DNA of 64,000 bases, from positions 124,001-188,000 of the forward strand of contig JAQGDQ010000188.1 of assembly GCA_030141605.1 (NCBI GenBank), in the 5' to 3' direction. A program made the translations under genes and the position numbers. This DNA comes from Tubiluchus corallicola (lineage: Eukaryota > Animalia > Priapulida). The notes under the pieces are model-generated. The model was not told the DNA's origin, did not search any database, and worked only from the letters and a program-made list of their open reading frames with translations. This document shows positions 1-29,700 of the stretch, piece after piece (position 1 is the stretch's first letter; each line of letters opens with the position of its first letter).

Positions 1-3000
1 ATCACGTGGTCGGGAAAGCTAATAGCAGGTAACATGCATGGCAGTCAAACTCTAGTCACATAATAGTGTGTTATGAGTAACTAATCTTTTGTTTATGGTA
101 ATTTATTGTCACCATTAAAGATGGTTCAATAATTTATATGTCTTCGTTGGTCTACAGGTAAGCCGTTACCCATCACACATTAAAGGTCATGCTTTAGCGA
201 GTGTTGGATTTGCCGTTGAAGTCACAATTAATTAGACACACCGTGGAGCACATTTTAATCGATATCTTGTTCACTTGCAACTGAACGTCACACAGTAGAT
301 CATTGTTACCAACACAGGCGCGATATGAAAGCCTCTGTTAAAAGAAAACTTGGTGGTTGTTTGTACGTCAGCTATTTGTGCATGATGCTATAGACCGTCT
401 TGTAGGTACAGCTCTGTTTTACGACTTAAAAAGCTAAAACGCTGCGTTTGAGCCCGCCATTTGTGCTTGTCGTTACAAGTCATTTTGCTTGCACGGCTGC
501 TATATAATAACAGAAAAGTTCATTTAATTCTCTGTCATTGAAAACATAACTGTGAACAACACAGTAGGAAAAATGTTTCTATTATTAAAGTTGTGCATAA
601 TTTTTTTTTCAGAAGATCATTCAGAATGCATTGTTCTGCTAGAGGCGTATGGACGAGTGAACAATGTGAACGTGTTTACTGTCCTGCGCCACATATAACC
701 TTTACTGGTTTGTATTACTGTTCCAATGACTTTGCAGCAGGTAGTGTATGTACACTGAAGTGTCCTGGGAAACTGGAGGTTAGTATTTTGTGATATACTA
801 AAGGTACTAAAGTTGCAATCCCCTTTTTCCTCAACCTAGAAACAATAAGAGGACGTGATTTTGTTTTGACGTACTTTCAATCGTCGTAAATTTGGCTGTT
901 ACATTATTTGCACAAAGCGAGTAACTTTTATTTAAAAAAGATACATATAATCTTCTTAACATTTTTTTCTTGGCGTTGCTTTAGTTACCGAAATCAATAA
1001 GATGTGGCTTAAATGGAGAATGGATTGGATCGTTCAATTGTGCAATCTTCGAGAGAACAGCATGTGACCCACCTGAAATGCCATCTGAGATTAGTCTAAC
1101 TTGTCCCATTAAGCCCACTGTTGGTAAGGCAATCAAAATTAAATCCTGTAACAAGTAACAAAGACAAAATTTGCGCCACGGAGATGCTACGGATGTTCTT
1201 ACATTACTGATTTGTCAGTGGAGCAGGCCACACTGTTATGTATAGGCCCAATTGTACATTATGTACTAGCAAAGGCCTAGGTGAATAAAATGTAATACAT
1301 TCGGTCTACCTAGTACACTAAACCAGTTAACTCAATGGTCTAAATTGCCAATTAAACACGATGAATGAATGAATGAATGAATGAATGAATAAACGAACAA
1401 ATGAATGAATGAGTGAGTGAGTGAAGGAAGGAAGGAAGGAAGAAAGAAAGAAACGGACGAATGAACGAATGAATGGGTGAATGAATAAATAAAGCAACGT
1501 TTTTTGTTGCTAGATAGTACTTGTCACTAATTTTTAAAACCGATTTATAAGACATTTTATAAGTTCCTAAAATTATTACATTCATAAAATTTACACACGT
1601 TTTTCTCATATTGTGCTCTGTCAATCATGGCCAGTTCTTTCGAACAACTTTAAATTTCAGCAATGACTGTTTTTTGATATTTTTTTAAATTTAATGCCAA
1701 ACAATTATGATCTAAGAGATAGGTTTACACTTAATACTCGCGTGAAAAAAATCGCTAGAAATTACCTAAGCGCACACGAAAAATGCTCGCGCCGCGGGAG
1801 TATTAAACTGACCTTTCGCAAATCTTTATAATGATAATTGTAACATTAAGTTTCAGACAGAATAAGCGATTGATGATGATCGTGAAAAGGTCAAAGGTTA
1901 AGTGTATCAGACAAAGAATTTGTGTACACTTACAACACCTCGCAGCCATTGGTATTGTAATACTAACAGTAATAACAACTAGCTAGAGCCTTACATAGTT
2001 CATTTTTTCTTGTTTCCAAGCAAGATCCTGCTAGTAAATCACTCTACGCACAGACTAACGCATAGTTATGTAAAGTCTATGTGAAACAATTGAAGTTATT
2101 AAACTGACGCAACAGCTGACTTTGCTTTACCCACATGTCACATGACGCTTATTGTTAAAACGCGTTGCTGTGGTACACTTAACCTTTGGCTTACAGCAAC
2201 TGCGCGTGCGCACAACGAAACTGGGAAAAGACTTATTGCTATGATTACAACTTTACAGGTAAACAGTGCAGTGTGGAATGTATTGATCAAGAGAAAGAGC
2301 CACAGATACTCATTGAGAATAGGTTGGAGAAAATCTACAATATCGTGTGCACTGGACAAAAAACATGGGCACCATCTCTTAATCAAGTCATCTGTGCTGA
2401 CAACTGCGACGAGGTTTGTTTAAATAGCACGGAACTGTTTTATCACAAAATTTTGTCCAATAACTGCGAAATGGAGTAGTTTACTTTAATTACTGAATTT
2501 TCGATTCTGTTTTGCTACGCTTCTTCCTCCAAATATTTGTGCATCAAGTAAACAAATAAACACTACGTCGACGCTGTACCGTTGCGGCCAAAACTTCTCA
2601 TACAGTTAACGTAGGATTAGAAGCATGAAGGAAACTTAAGTATGCTGCCTAATTTTCACGCTGTTGAGGTCTAGCCACTTAAAACCCAAAGCAAGTTTAT
2701 CCAATTATTTTGTTTTTACGAATTTGTTTATGGGCCTATAAATTTATTAACGTTGTGAACACTTCATAACTTAACGCGTATATTTGATATTCCTTGATGC
2801 CCTAAACTTGGCATCCACTACCTCGGCGCCGTAGACCAGAACAAGCTTCTATAAAGCTCTAGGAACATTTTTTTCTAAAAGTGGGTAACATAGACAGTTT
2901 TATCAATTTAACTATCCTAAATTCGAAAAAAACTGTTGCCAGCTTGAAGAATTTGCGTAAAAGAGTTAAACACAAAAAAGCATATGGCCCGCTTAAACCA

Positions 3001-4832
3001 AAAAGAAATTCCCAGAAATTAGTATTACGAAGCGATTATAACATCTTGTTCAGTCCAGAGTAGTTGGTCTTAAACAGCACATTTCTATTTGGCGTACTTT
3101 CATTTTAAAAATGGCCTCCACACAAAACGAGATTATGCCGATCATGCAATTATATTAGTTGTTCTACCTAAAGAGTTATTATAAAAAGAAAAAACTAATT
3201 GCTTCTATCATTTTGATTGTGTTGAATCTAAAAAAACTGCTGGATTCCAAAACATATGCAAAAAGACTAAAACAGTCCAATAAGCAAAAAACAAAACGAC
3301 CGCCGGCTCCCCAAAATTTTGTCTTGGAAAATAGTGAAAAAATAGCTCATATCGCCTAAGTTGTGAAGCTTGGCACAATGCATCAAGGTGATTAATTTTG
3401 GAAAGGCCCTCCAACATAGCCGCCATTTTCAAAATGAAAACTGTCAATATTATTCTCTTTAGTATTTATTACATGTAGCATCTCTTTTAATACATTGCAA
3501 TAAAAATACTTTAAATTCACTAAAAATATAGCTCTGACTATTGTTATAAGCCAACGCACAGAATAAAAACACTATTTGTAAATAATTTGTTGAAACTTTT
3601 CAAAATTCCACACAAGTTTACTATAGCCTGATGCCAATATTATACCATGAATCTGCTGAATTGACAATATGATGAAAAATCATGTTTATATATCTTATTT
3701 CTTAAAGAAACTTTGTTGGTGGCATTTAAAAAATACCATTAATTTATTTAAGAAACACCACACAACGAGTCTGGAATAATAAAACACTTCTCTCTAAAAT
3801 TTTCATAGAGATTTTTTCAATATGTAAAGTACTTTGCTGCAGCTCTCGCAAGCTTTAGCTCTTTGCCACAAGAAGGCGCAGCAATGTAATAATTCGCCAA
3901 TGAAAAGTGATTTATATCAAAAAATCCTTGTACGGTGTAATCTCAAAACGTTTATTCTGTTTAATTCTTTTGCTGTGGCCAAATCCTACTGCAGAAATAT
4001 TAAGGTAGTATTACAGTATTATTACCGTATTAACTATAAAAGTATGATACGCACCTCCTGTAATTAGTGTAAATGTAATTTACCTGCTGTAATTTATACT
4101 GTGGTATATAGATTTTGTTTCGTTTTGTAAGTTTCGTTTTTCCCCGAGAGGGGTCGCCAAGAGAATAAATTCTTATTCGTGTAGTTGAATCACTTTAAAA
4201 TCTTTAGGTAGAATGCGGTAACTTCCATATTTTATTGTGTATGTTAAAATGTACTGAAGGTTGTTTTACCCTTGTCAATTCCTTTAACAAAGTGAAAGAT
4301 GCTATGCTAAGTGCTTAAATTCAAGTTGCCTATATTTAAATATATACTATTATTAAATATAAATATATATAAATTATAGATGATTATTAAACTGCTTGTG
4401 ATATTTTAACACTTCTATGATGTCTTTTTTGGAAAATTGCTCGTGACATTTTATAAAAATTTTACTGTCATTATTTTTAGGAATACTGCTTAACCACAAT
4501 TGTAATCTGCCTTCAAGTAAATAAAGCAATTACCATGGCTGGTGCGGAATCTTAGACGCTGTTTCAAAATTACAAACGATTTTAGCTGTAGTTTTTTTAA
4601 CACGTAGGAAGCCATTGGAGACGGTTTCTGTGATAGAGGCAACAACCATGCGGCTTGCCAGTGGGATGGAGGTGATTGCTGTGAAGATACAGTGGAAGGA
4701 GGTGTAGTCATTCCCATACCTGTTCAATGTGGGAAGAGGTGCTTGTGTTTGGATCCAAGCGCTAGCGAGAATGCTGCTGCCCTCTACAGGTTTCGAAGTG
4801 GATTTAAGCACAAAACATTCCGGAAAACATAG
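1..4832 (+). CDS. PAPPA: Pappalysin (PAPP-A-like metzincin), 3' part: CCP/sushi modules plus the C-terminal LNR3 module; 5' end lies outside the window
   Basis: Exons <1-28 (HVVGKANSR), 613-778 (RSFRMHCSARGVW...CPGKLE), 985-1123 (LPKSIRCGLNGEW...CPIKPTVG), 2259-2413 (KQCSVEC...VCTGQKTWAP...DNCDE) and 4608-4832 (EAIGDGFCDRGNNHAACQWDGGDCC...CLCLDPSASE...stop). All introns are GT-AG with matching phases. Sushi repeats followed by GDxxCDxxNNxAxCxxDGGDCC and CxCxDP is the pappalysin C-terminal architecture. Confidence 0.9.
1361..1490. repeat. Compound tetranucleotide microsatellite (GAAT/GAAG/GAAA)
   Basis: Directly visible. Confidence 0.9.
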
Positions 4833-5280
4833 ATATTAGAAGGAATGAACCGACAAATTGTCGCTCGTCTTGTAACGGATAAAATTGCTGTCACCATCAT
4901 CATCATCATCATTACCAATATCATCGTCATCATGATCATCGTTATCATTCGTCATCATTGTTGCCGGTTTTATTGTAATTGTTTTGTCAGTATTTGTAGA
5001 TAAGGAGAAAGCGCTCAAGCTTCTATAGTGGTGTCTCTTGAATTTGCCGCATCGTCACAACAGCTTTGCAACGCGGTTAACTGAAATTCAAAACTATTCT
5101 AGAGCTTTACGTTTACAAGCTTGATAACAAAGTCAACCTCCACTAGTTCAGTAAAACTTCGCCTTTTGGAACTAATCCTCCCGATTTAGCATAAAAAGTG
5201 CACAGCCGAACAGCATTGGAGTTTGAACGACTGAGTGCGCAAATAATTGTAAAAAACAACTTCAGCAATTCTTGATTTTA

Positions 5281-5530
5281 TGGCGCGTTCAGACGTAGAG
5301 ACTTCTCTCGCAACGTGTTGCACAAAGAGTGTATTCTCTCTGAGAGTAAAGTTGCAACGTGTGAACGGCTTGGCAACTTCTGTCGCAACTTATTGCCCTC
5401 AGCGAGAGTTCAAAGTTAATTTACAATAAGTTGCAAGAAAAGTTGCCAAGCCGTTCACACGTGCAACTTTATTCTCAGAGAGAAGTTGCACTACAAGTTG
5501 CGAGAGAAATCTCCACGTCTGAACGCTCCA
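5281..5530. mobile_element. PIF/Harbinger (Tourist-like) MITE, internally palindromic
   Basis: TIRs TGGCGCGTTCAGACGT...ACGTCTGAACGCTCCA, 3-bp TTA target duplication (5278-5280 and 5531-5533), and internal inverted arms (GTGTGAACGGCTTGGCAACTT / AAGTTGCCAAGCCGTTCACAC). Confidence 0.85.
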
Positions 5531-7822
5531 TTAGCAAAATTATGCGAATCCATCGTTGTTCTAGCAAAGGAAAATCTTAATGTCAGTATACAACTAATTA
5601 AAAACCCATAATAAAAAAGTCCTTTCAATCCACTGCTGTGAACTACATTCATGTGAGAGAAAAGGAACCAAAAACACGAAAGATCACTAAATTTATGTTC
5701 ATATTTATATTTTTGAAACGATAACGACATCATTAATCCGCATAATCAACAGCGCAGAAGTTACTGATATTGTTAGTATGTTATTAATATTACTTTGCGC
5801 TTTTTCTGCTTTTTCTTTTCCCGCGTATTTTTATGCTTCACTTTCTTCGCTTTATTTAGTATCTCCCGTGTTTTTCTATTCCTAATTACCATCATCATCT
5901 TAAAATGTTTTACCTGACTACAAACAAGAAAGCTGACCATGCGCGCACGAAAAAAGTAATGAATAAAAATGCAGGGTCAAGTTTTGCTCAAATAAGCAAG
6001 CTTTTATTAAAATTCTATATATTATGAAATTTAAGCTTGCAGCGTCCATTTCTTTAAAACTGCGCCACCAAATTTATCTTCATAATGTGCTCAGAGTCAT
6101 AGATCATGTATTTAATTTTAGTTGTGTCCTTTCGTTTGAGTACACATTTCTGAATAGCAGGTACCACATTATATTTTAAATTTAACAACTTTACTATGTA
6201 TTATAATTTAATAACTGATTCGTGTGCCACTTATGAAAAGCCTTCAGCAATTAAGCTGCTTCATGGATTTTTTAACAACAAAAAAAATTAATGCTACCAT
6301 CATTTATGCGAACAGACCATTCTGTAAATTCTCATTCTATTGTATTGTTTGCCATTGTACCAGAATTAATCATTAGGGCTTGTGTGCCCGTAAAATTACT
6401 ATAATAAAAAATCTAAAATATTTTAACAGCATATATAGCCCTGCTTGCTTATCTTTTATATCGTTATTTATTTCAATTAAAAATACAGAATTATATTTTT
6501 CGTTGATGTTATACGATAATCTTGTGCATAAATAACAACAAAATCCTTATCGTATTTAAATATACTGGCGTTGTTATTTTTAATATCAATTTCAAAAGAT
6601 CTGTTGGGTTGATTTATATATATCGCATATATTAATATAGACTAATACTTTTTCTTTCTGTAATGATTTTTCTTCGTTAATTTTAAAACTTGCTTAAATA
6701 CCTGAACCAGCCCAGTTGAACAGACGTTGACTGATCCGTAACCGTGTCCTTATCCGTTGTTTATATCAAAATAATATCCATTCTGAATTGGCCGTGCAAG
6801 TCCGATCGAATCAACTCCATATATTGCACCATTTTTGCTCGATCTATGTTAAATTTTGACTTATAGCATAAACATAGCATTAAAAACATAGCATTAAATT
6901 AGCATTAAAAAATCAAAAAATGACCAATATGTTCGAATAATATTTTTACTAATACCACAACATGCATACATTTTACACTTTTATATGTACACACATAGCC
7001 TGTTTATGGCTATAAACAGCAAGAAACCAGAAGTTATTTATAGTGCTTTATTAATACTGACACGTTGAAAATAGAATTGAAGACAGGAAGTATTAGAAAG
7101 TTGTTAATTCGCAACGGGCGATGGGAATAATGTATCATCTAATGTTTCCACACACCTGATAAAAACCTTAAAGCCTATAAAAAATCAACACAACCATTAT
7201 TTTCTTAAACCTTATTTCAGTATGCACAGTAACTTAAATAAAATTCTAATGGTTGTCATAACCGCCTTCATAAAACATTGTCAAAAATCCAGTGTCACTT
7301 TAACAGATAACCAACAAAATAGCAATGTTTCTAGAACATTTTGTCGAAACCTTAAAAGCTTTACAATTGTTAATTTTAACAAATTAGTAACTCAGAGACT
7401 CAGACAATAAATGTGCTAAATAGTTTCACATCTGGCTTTTAGGAAATGTCTAAAACTGCTTTGTAATACATAAAATAGTTATGCCAGTGAAATAAAATTA
7501 ATTTTATTGCTAATACTGTCGAAGTTTTTCTAGTCCAGTAACAACGTTTTTTAAACTCTTATTCTCATTATTTCATCACTGTAAAATTCTCTTGAGTGTA
7601 CTGTAATGGATAAATTTGATTATCGCATAAGTTATATATTATGGTCAAGCAGCAATGCATAATGTGCCTTGTCTTTCTGCGTATAACTAATAACTTAATT
7701 TACTAAAAACTCTTGTTAACTAACTCTGGTTTGCGACCACAGACAGACCAGAATGGCTTCGTCTATAAGGATAAATGCTTTTAACAGACGGCATTGTTTC
7801 ACCATACCGCCCTGGCGTGACG

Positions 7823-22795
<14,973 letters not shown>

Positions 22796-23469
22796 GCTTA
22801 CAAAGTACAGTTCATTGTCTATGTAAAAAAAGTATCTGAAACGAACAAATAATTTTACATATAGCTTGAAATAATCGTTTAATAACTTAAAAAAAATTAA
22901 TTAAAAATTGAGCTTTGTCGATATCTTATGTTACTAATAGCAAATAATAGGCCTACATTGAAAGACTGGAAAATTTACCAAGACGACGTTTACGTTTACT
23001 TTTTTCTTTTTTCATTCGCACTTTTGTTTTTTCATGTGATAAAGTTAATACAAACTACAACTATTGATTTCTGGAAAATATTACGCAAAGTAAAATTCAA
23101 AAAAGGAATACTCTCTTCATATAATTTTTATTTATTTGGTGATTGTATAAAGATTAGCGTGCCGTCGTATATGTCACAATTACTCAATAAATGAACTCAC
23201 GTGAAAAGTGTTATAAGAAACTTTCACATATGTAAAAGGCAAGAGCAGACTGAGTATAGCGCTCACATTATTTTTATGATTCGTGTCAAATCGTTTATTA
23301 CTGACTGTTAACAAAAATATTTTGTATTTATGAAATAGATGTTCTTCCCACACTAAACAAAATCAACATTCTAAATACTGTTCAGTAGATACTATAGGCT
23401 ATTAAATACCTTTTGACATAAAAATTTTAACGTATTTATCTCAAAATCTTATTTCGCAAAAACGGGGCC

Positions 23470-23768
23470 AAATGTCTCACACGTATATACATCCTATATG
23501 CCCATTAAGGCAAGCCTGCTGTGCCCTAAAATGGCCGTGCAAATGTAAAATCAAAGCAATGAAGTACTTAAAGCTCATTTGTTAAGTGCTAGAAAATTCA
23601 AAACGCAAAAAAATAAAGCATCGGGTTCAACAACACTTTTTATGGTTTTAAATTTTCTGGCAGTTAACGACGAGCTTTTTATACTCTATTGCTATCTATT
23701 TCACATAGCCACAGCCATTTTAGGGCATATCACCGGGTGGTGCAAAAATACACTTGTGTGAAACAGTT
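23470..23768. mobile_element. Degraded palindromic MITE
   Basis: TGCCCTAAAATGGCCGTG (23522) pairs with CACAGCCATTTTAGGGCA (23710-23728), with further imperfect inner and outer arms. Confidence 0.5.
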
Positions 23769-26700
23769 TCATTACGATTATGAGAAAGTACCTTTCTTTG
23801 CGCGTCATAATAATAATAAGTGAAAATCTCAGTGATAGTGCCTGCTATACATCGTACATAAATATATAAATAATTTAAGTAGCTCATTCCTGCTTATAAT
23901 GTTCTACTTTTTTAATGTTCGTGTTATTGATGAACTAGAATGTAGGTGTAAATCCTATACTAAATATTCTTCCAAACAGTTATGTAATTAATAGTGAATT
24001 ATTAATTTAACTTAAATTAATTCAGTTCAAGTTTTAAAGTCCTAAAAAATAGTTTATTTTTTACACTAAACACGAGCGTAATTAACTGTTTCAGCTACTG
24101 ATTATAAAGCCATGCGTAATACATGCGTAAAAAATCATGAAGAAAACTGGTTCTTTTGCAGCTGCCACATGAGTAACATTTATGAAAACGGAATTTTATC
24201 AGACGACAATTTTAAACATTCCCAGATTGACTAGATTTTTCTGCAGTAATGTATAATTGAGCGATGACCGATGAGTCTATAAGTCAATCATTCAGTGAAA
24301 CATCACACTGCAAAAGGGTTGAACAATGATAGGATTTAGTTTATATCGCCCGTTAGCTGAAACTTTGTTACGTTTCAATAAGCCTGCCACCCTATTAATC
24401 ATTGAAAGCACGATTATTAAAAAACTTCTTAACATTATCGCCTCTCATGTCCATCCCATTAAATATGTATACGCGTACGCGTGGAAGTGCATGATTTCAG
24501 ATCAGCCTTTACTATTTTAGATAACTAGCAGATATTTCTATTATTCTTAATATTGAAAAAGTGAAAGTCGAAGTGAAATCCATAGACAAGTGTTGCATTA
24601 ATGTAGTTAGTTTTGTACCAAAGTCACTTTTGCCAAGTCTATGGTTATACGAAAACTTATTGAAATTAACCTGTTTATAATACCACAAAAAATTAATCAA
24701 ATTGCAAGCATGATACAATAATCATTGAATCTAAAAAAAATCAGATATCATCATAGTAATGGTGCATTTTAATTTAATTCAATTTAATTTACTAAGAAAC
24801 TAATCTTCCATGTGCATTGTTAAAGTTTCTGATAAAGTTTTTTAGATTGCCGCCGGGCAATATAATAAGCGCAGTAACAGTACATGACATATGAATAGCA
24901 TTTACAAACGTACCTTTTTCGGGTAACATGTTTTCCTGGTCCTTTTGGCACAGCATAAGTCGTGAATCTGATGAGAAAATAACGATAGTTGAGATAAAGA
25001 TGACTGTAGTGGTTTTCAAGATTTTCTCATTGGTTGATCGATCGACAGACGACTGCCCTGTTCAGGGTACATAGGCGGTCTAGCTCAGACCATGACATCT
25101 TCTATTGGAGAAGCATGGACGTTATTAACAATCACTCATATCTACGTATGAAGAAATGAAGCAGGCTAGTTAATATGTGCTTTATGGTGCATGATACAAT
25201 TAAAAAGTAGTAGTTATAGTTTTAAGTGAATAGTCATTTAGTCTCAAGCTTAGTACTTGTTTTCTCGACATCTAAGCACTTCTGTAGTTTTTCTTTTGTG
25301 TCTTAGTACAAGGCTACAAGTAAGCCATTTTTGTTTGCTTTCCAAGAAACAAACAAAAACAAGCTACATTGAAAACTTTCCAATAGATTATTGGTTGAGT
25401 TAACTGAACGCTATTGTCTATCACTGTTTTTTTTCGAAAAACTCCTCACAGCTAGGCAGCATTAATCGTACTTGTAGAAGCTATTGCAGTAAACTGGGCT
25501 TTCATTTGTACGATACAAGAACGAAGCGGGTCAACTAATTTACAGACCTACAGATATTAGCTGCTTTGATGTGGCTCAACACTTAACGATAGGACATATT
25601 TAATAAAGATAGTTGCAGCGGGACTGGAATCTAATTCATGAGTAAAGATGACCCTCTAAGATCGGACTCCAAATCTGCAGAACTCTATTAGTCTCGTGCG
25701 AATGCATCTACTACCTCTTTTAATGAGAAAAATAGTTTTTCCACTGGTAAGCCATCCCTTTATTAACCAGAATGAATGCTACTTAACTTTGATAGCCAGT
25801 CGCACAAAAACCAATTCTCCTCGCCTCTATGACAAACATTAATTACATCAGTTCGCAAGTACAAATAACTCGCAATGCAGCCATTGTTTTTTATATCCTT
25901 ATGTTTTTACATTATAGTGTAAACAAAAATAGTTATTGCATTTGAAAATACTGTCGACGATATTATCGGCTCTGCCTTAAATAAAAATATCAACATTCAG
26001 GTAATGTAGGTTAAAGAAAAAGAACTTTTATTCAATGTCTGCAAATGACGCTATCATCACTGCCAACTTATTTGTGGATCTGCAGATCTTCTTGGAGGTA
26101 GGAAACGGCAGACAGTTACAGGTAGAACTAATTATTTTAAAAAGCTTGAAACAATAGCGCAAGGCAAACATGAATTTGCCGCATTGTGTAAAAGACATCA
26201 CGAATAAAGCTATTGCTGTAACTCAATCTGCAAGAAGGATATAAAGTTATATTTTTAACGAAAACGCTGGCAGGATGTGCACCATAATTCCAGCCTCTGA
26301 AAGAAAATCTGAAAATTATTTTTGTAGCTACACCTTTCTTACTGGAGTATCTTAAATTACTATTAAATTTTGTCAACTTATTCGACAAACTATGAGTATT
26401 AGTTATACCAATTTCCGTTATCCGCTAAATTTTCAAAACGTAATTTCAGTGTTTTTTTAAAAAAAATATGTGTTAAATATACCATGAAAAATTTCTTTAA
26501 ATTTTTTTCGTTTCAAACAAACGGTTAGGCGACAACTGACAAATCATATAAGCCTAGCACGTTACAATAATTCGAAATGTAATGTAAGATATATATATAT
26601 AATATAGTGCAAGAAACTAATTAATCTAATGATTTATAGATCTGCTGTCTGCAGTTAAAATATGTTTTGCGATGCAAGGCTTATATAAATCGTAAAATTT

Positions 26701-29700
26701 GGAAAAAAACTTACCCAAAATAGTCCGTATCGATCAATTCTTAATTTTCCAAACGCAGAAACAGCGAACCGCACTAATAAAGGCAGTATATCACAACAAA
26801 GTATCAAAAGTACTTGTAAAACTAATTAAAATAAAGCTCTGTGTTCTACAGATGCACGTAACAATAAGTTGAGCACTGATGTATCAAAATAAACGTTTTT
26901 AAACTAATTTTACATCCTGCACTTGTAAATGAAAACCAGCACTTACAATTGCATCAACCTGCGTCCTTTCGATCAGGTTATTTCCATGAACAAGCAAGAG
27001 GTAAAGTTGAGTTAATGTGATTAGCAAGAGGTGTGCCCACAGTTCTCATGACAATCGTTCCTGTCATCTTTGAGAGCTAATTTTGTTTAACAGTTGACGC
27101 TCTCGTCGCACCTCATTTGACGAACAATTAGAAAAACCGGGTTTCTTTGTAAGCAACCGATTGACGACGAGCTGTATAGCTACGCCAAAAGGGAGGTACT
27201 CCAAGAAATAAGAACAAAAAGGGAGTCTCTTCCTTATCAGAAATATCCAAAGGAAGAACCATAGTAGAGCTAAGCAATGTACACTTGCACTTTCTGCCTC
27301 ATTTCATACTTGCATCCCTAACCTGGATAGAGACATCGAGGAGGGTGAATTTAAAGGTTTTCTGATTCTGTTTTGCAAGCGATAGGCTTAAGACAAAACT
27401 ACTTCAGTTTCGCTGATTTGAAAAACAACAAGCCGCGTGACAACCAGATTAGATTTAACGCGCAATTGCAAAGTGTATAAGTGTGGCACAAAGATTTCTT
27501 GAGGCTACAGTGTAATTGTTATAGTTATGGTAGTAGTTACCATATTTTGTATCTTTGGTCTAAGACAATAAATTATTTGGCTTATTTACCACAGACATTT
27601 TGAGCCTTATTTTACCCTGGTAATTTAATAAATAATTTTGTAGATACGATATTGTGTAAAACATCGCATCAACAGTCTGGAACGGCAACCCCATGTAAAC
27701 TTTGCCTTTGTCTCATTAAATCTAATCGCAGTGTCGCGTGGTCTGCCATTGTCTACAACTCAAAAAGCTCAGCTGGCTGAATCAATTTTGTACTAAACAC
27801 AATCCATTGTACTGCGTAGATAACACTTCAAGTGAAATATCGATATAATGACTGAAGCATCCTCGCTGTCTGTATTTACAGTGGCTGAGAGGGAGGAAGG
27901 ATACTAAGCTCTCCACATACCAAACACTTCAACTCAAGCATTCTGTGTATCTCAGCTGCTACCCTTTCAAATGCGATGATACTATTAAGTGTTTGATAAC
28001 ATCAAATGTTCCTACCTCGGACTAATACCACGACGATAATGTTTAAATTGTCGATTTTTAGTCGTCGTTTATTAGGCTTTATATACATATATGCACTTTT
28101 AGTCACTGCTCATCTGTAATATTACTCTTTAAATACTATTACTTTTAGTTATGCATTGACGAAACTTTAAGACCTCACATCTATAATAATAATTGTTTTT
28201 TGTATTGGTTTTCTGAAAAGTTAACTTGATTCTGAAATATTGAACTTATATCCAAGTATAGCATTTTACACAAATTTATAACAATAAAGAATCATTATAA
28301 TAGTAATGAATGCTACTGATATAAGAAACTCGAAGTGATGCTATATTTGTGTAATTTATAACACGTAATAAAGAATTTTTTACAAAAAGTCTAAAATCTT
28401 AATATGATCTACTATTCCTACTCATTTGACGTTATGAGGGTAGCCACTTATATTTAGTGTCTTAGTAGTCTTCAACAATGTCTAAAATCCGTCTCCCTCC
28501 TTTGATTAAAACTGATCAGTCGCAAAAAGAGATTAGCCGTTTCAAATTTTCGATTAGGATATATCGATGTCCGCATTTGTTGGTAAATTCGCTTAATCCG
28601 CTGTTAATAAAAGAGATTGCACAATCGCCGAGGGGCAGAAGTAACGCCTAATCTTGCTGAAAATAAAGAGTTTCTAGCTTAGCAGTTTCTTCGATTAATA
28701 GATAAGACTTTCACTTTGCTCTTTCAAAAGCGGAAAAATGAATGAAGTCAGTTAATGATGGCTATTGTACAGTCGCGCAAAACATAGTAACTAAGACATA
28801 TTATTGCTTTACAGTTTAAAGGAATTGAAGATTTTTCATCTTAGATTTGACTCAATTAATTTTGTGTATAGAAAAGTGCATCTATAAATTATTTACTTGT
28901 AATAATAATAGTTGCCCATCGAATTGACTGCCCTAAGACAATGGCGAACCACAGCTGACAACGATACTAGGCGGTCATTCAGTATAGTGTTTGCTATACT
29001 GTTTGCTCAGTTCAGTATTGGCTTTTGCCTTTTGGCTATTTCACATTGTTTTGAATGCCGACTTATAATAAACTGTAGTCATTAAATTAAATTACTAAAT
29101 TGTATCCGTTTATTATTTTCGGTTCCACAAGCTTTTTTCGTATAGCGAATCATAAAATTGTGCTGAAACCAGTTGAAATGACGTATTTTTACTAAAAAGT
29201 TTAAATAAATAAATTTCTTTATTGTGGAGTATTTGTATCAATAGATATTTTTTTGGTACGAAAAATTTGGAAACTCTAGTCTCTTGTCATTTTTACGTGA
29301 AAGCTTTTGTTTAAAGTACTTTATTTACGCATCAAAGTGCTTTTTGCAAAGTAATCCAAAATCTTTTTTCAGTATGCCTAAAATACTGCAAGTGTTTACG
29401 ATGGCTATTCATAACGAAGACGACGATTCTTATTCTTCCATTTTTTCTTTTTCCTGGTTTATTAATTTTTATGTGCAAAATTCATAAATTTAATTTTGCC
29501 GCGAAATTTAGCCAAGGATCAAAAACTGGGTGTTTGATTTGACGAGTTCAGGGACATGGAAACTACCTTCTCTTTTCCACGCATCATCATGTTAGCCGCA
29601 CAGCCATGCATGAACGTGAACAACGATGCACTGAAGAGGTTAATCTGTAACTACAGAGATTTGCAAGAAAATTTGCTGGGCTCTGTCAACAGCTTGCAAG

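Noticed and set aside
140-165. CTACAG|GTAAGC recursive-splice-like site in a pappalysin intron
   Set aside because: The intron is only 584 nt, whereas recursive sites are typical of very long introns; no supporting exon, so probably chance.
26715-26880. Candidate non-coding first exon of Awh (donor G|GTAAGT at 26715/26714)
   Set aside because: Plausible, but a donor motif alone is not enough to call without transcript evidence.
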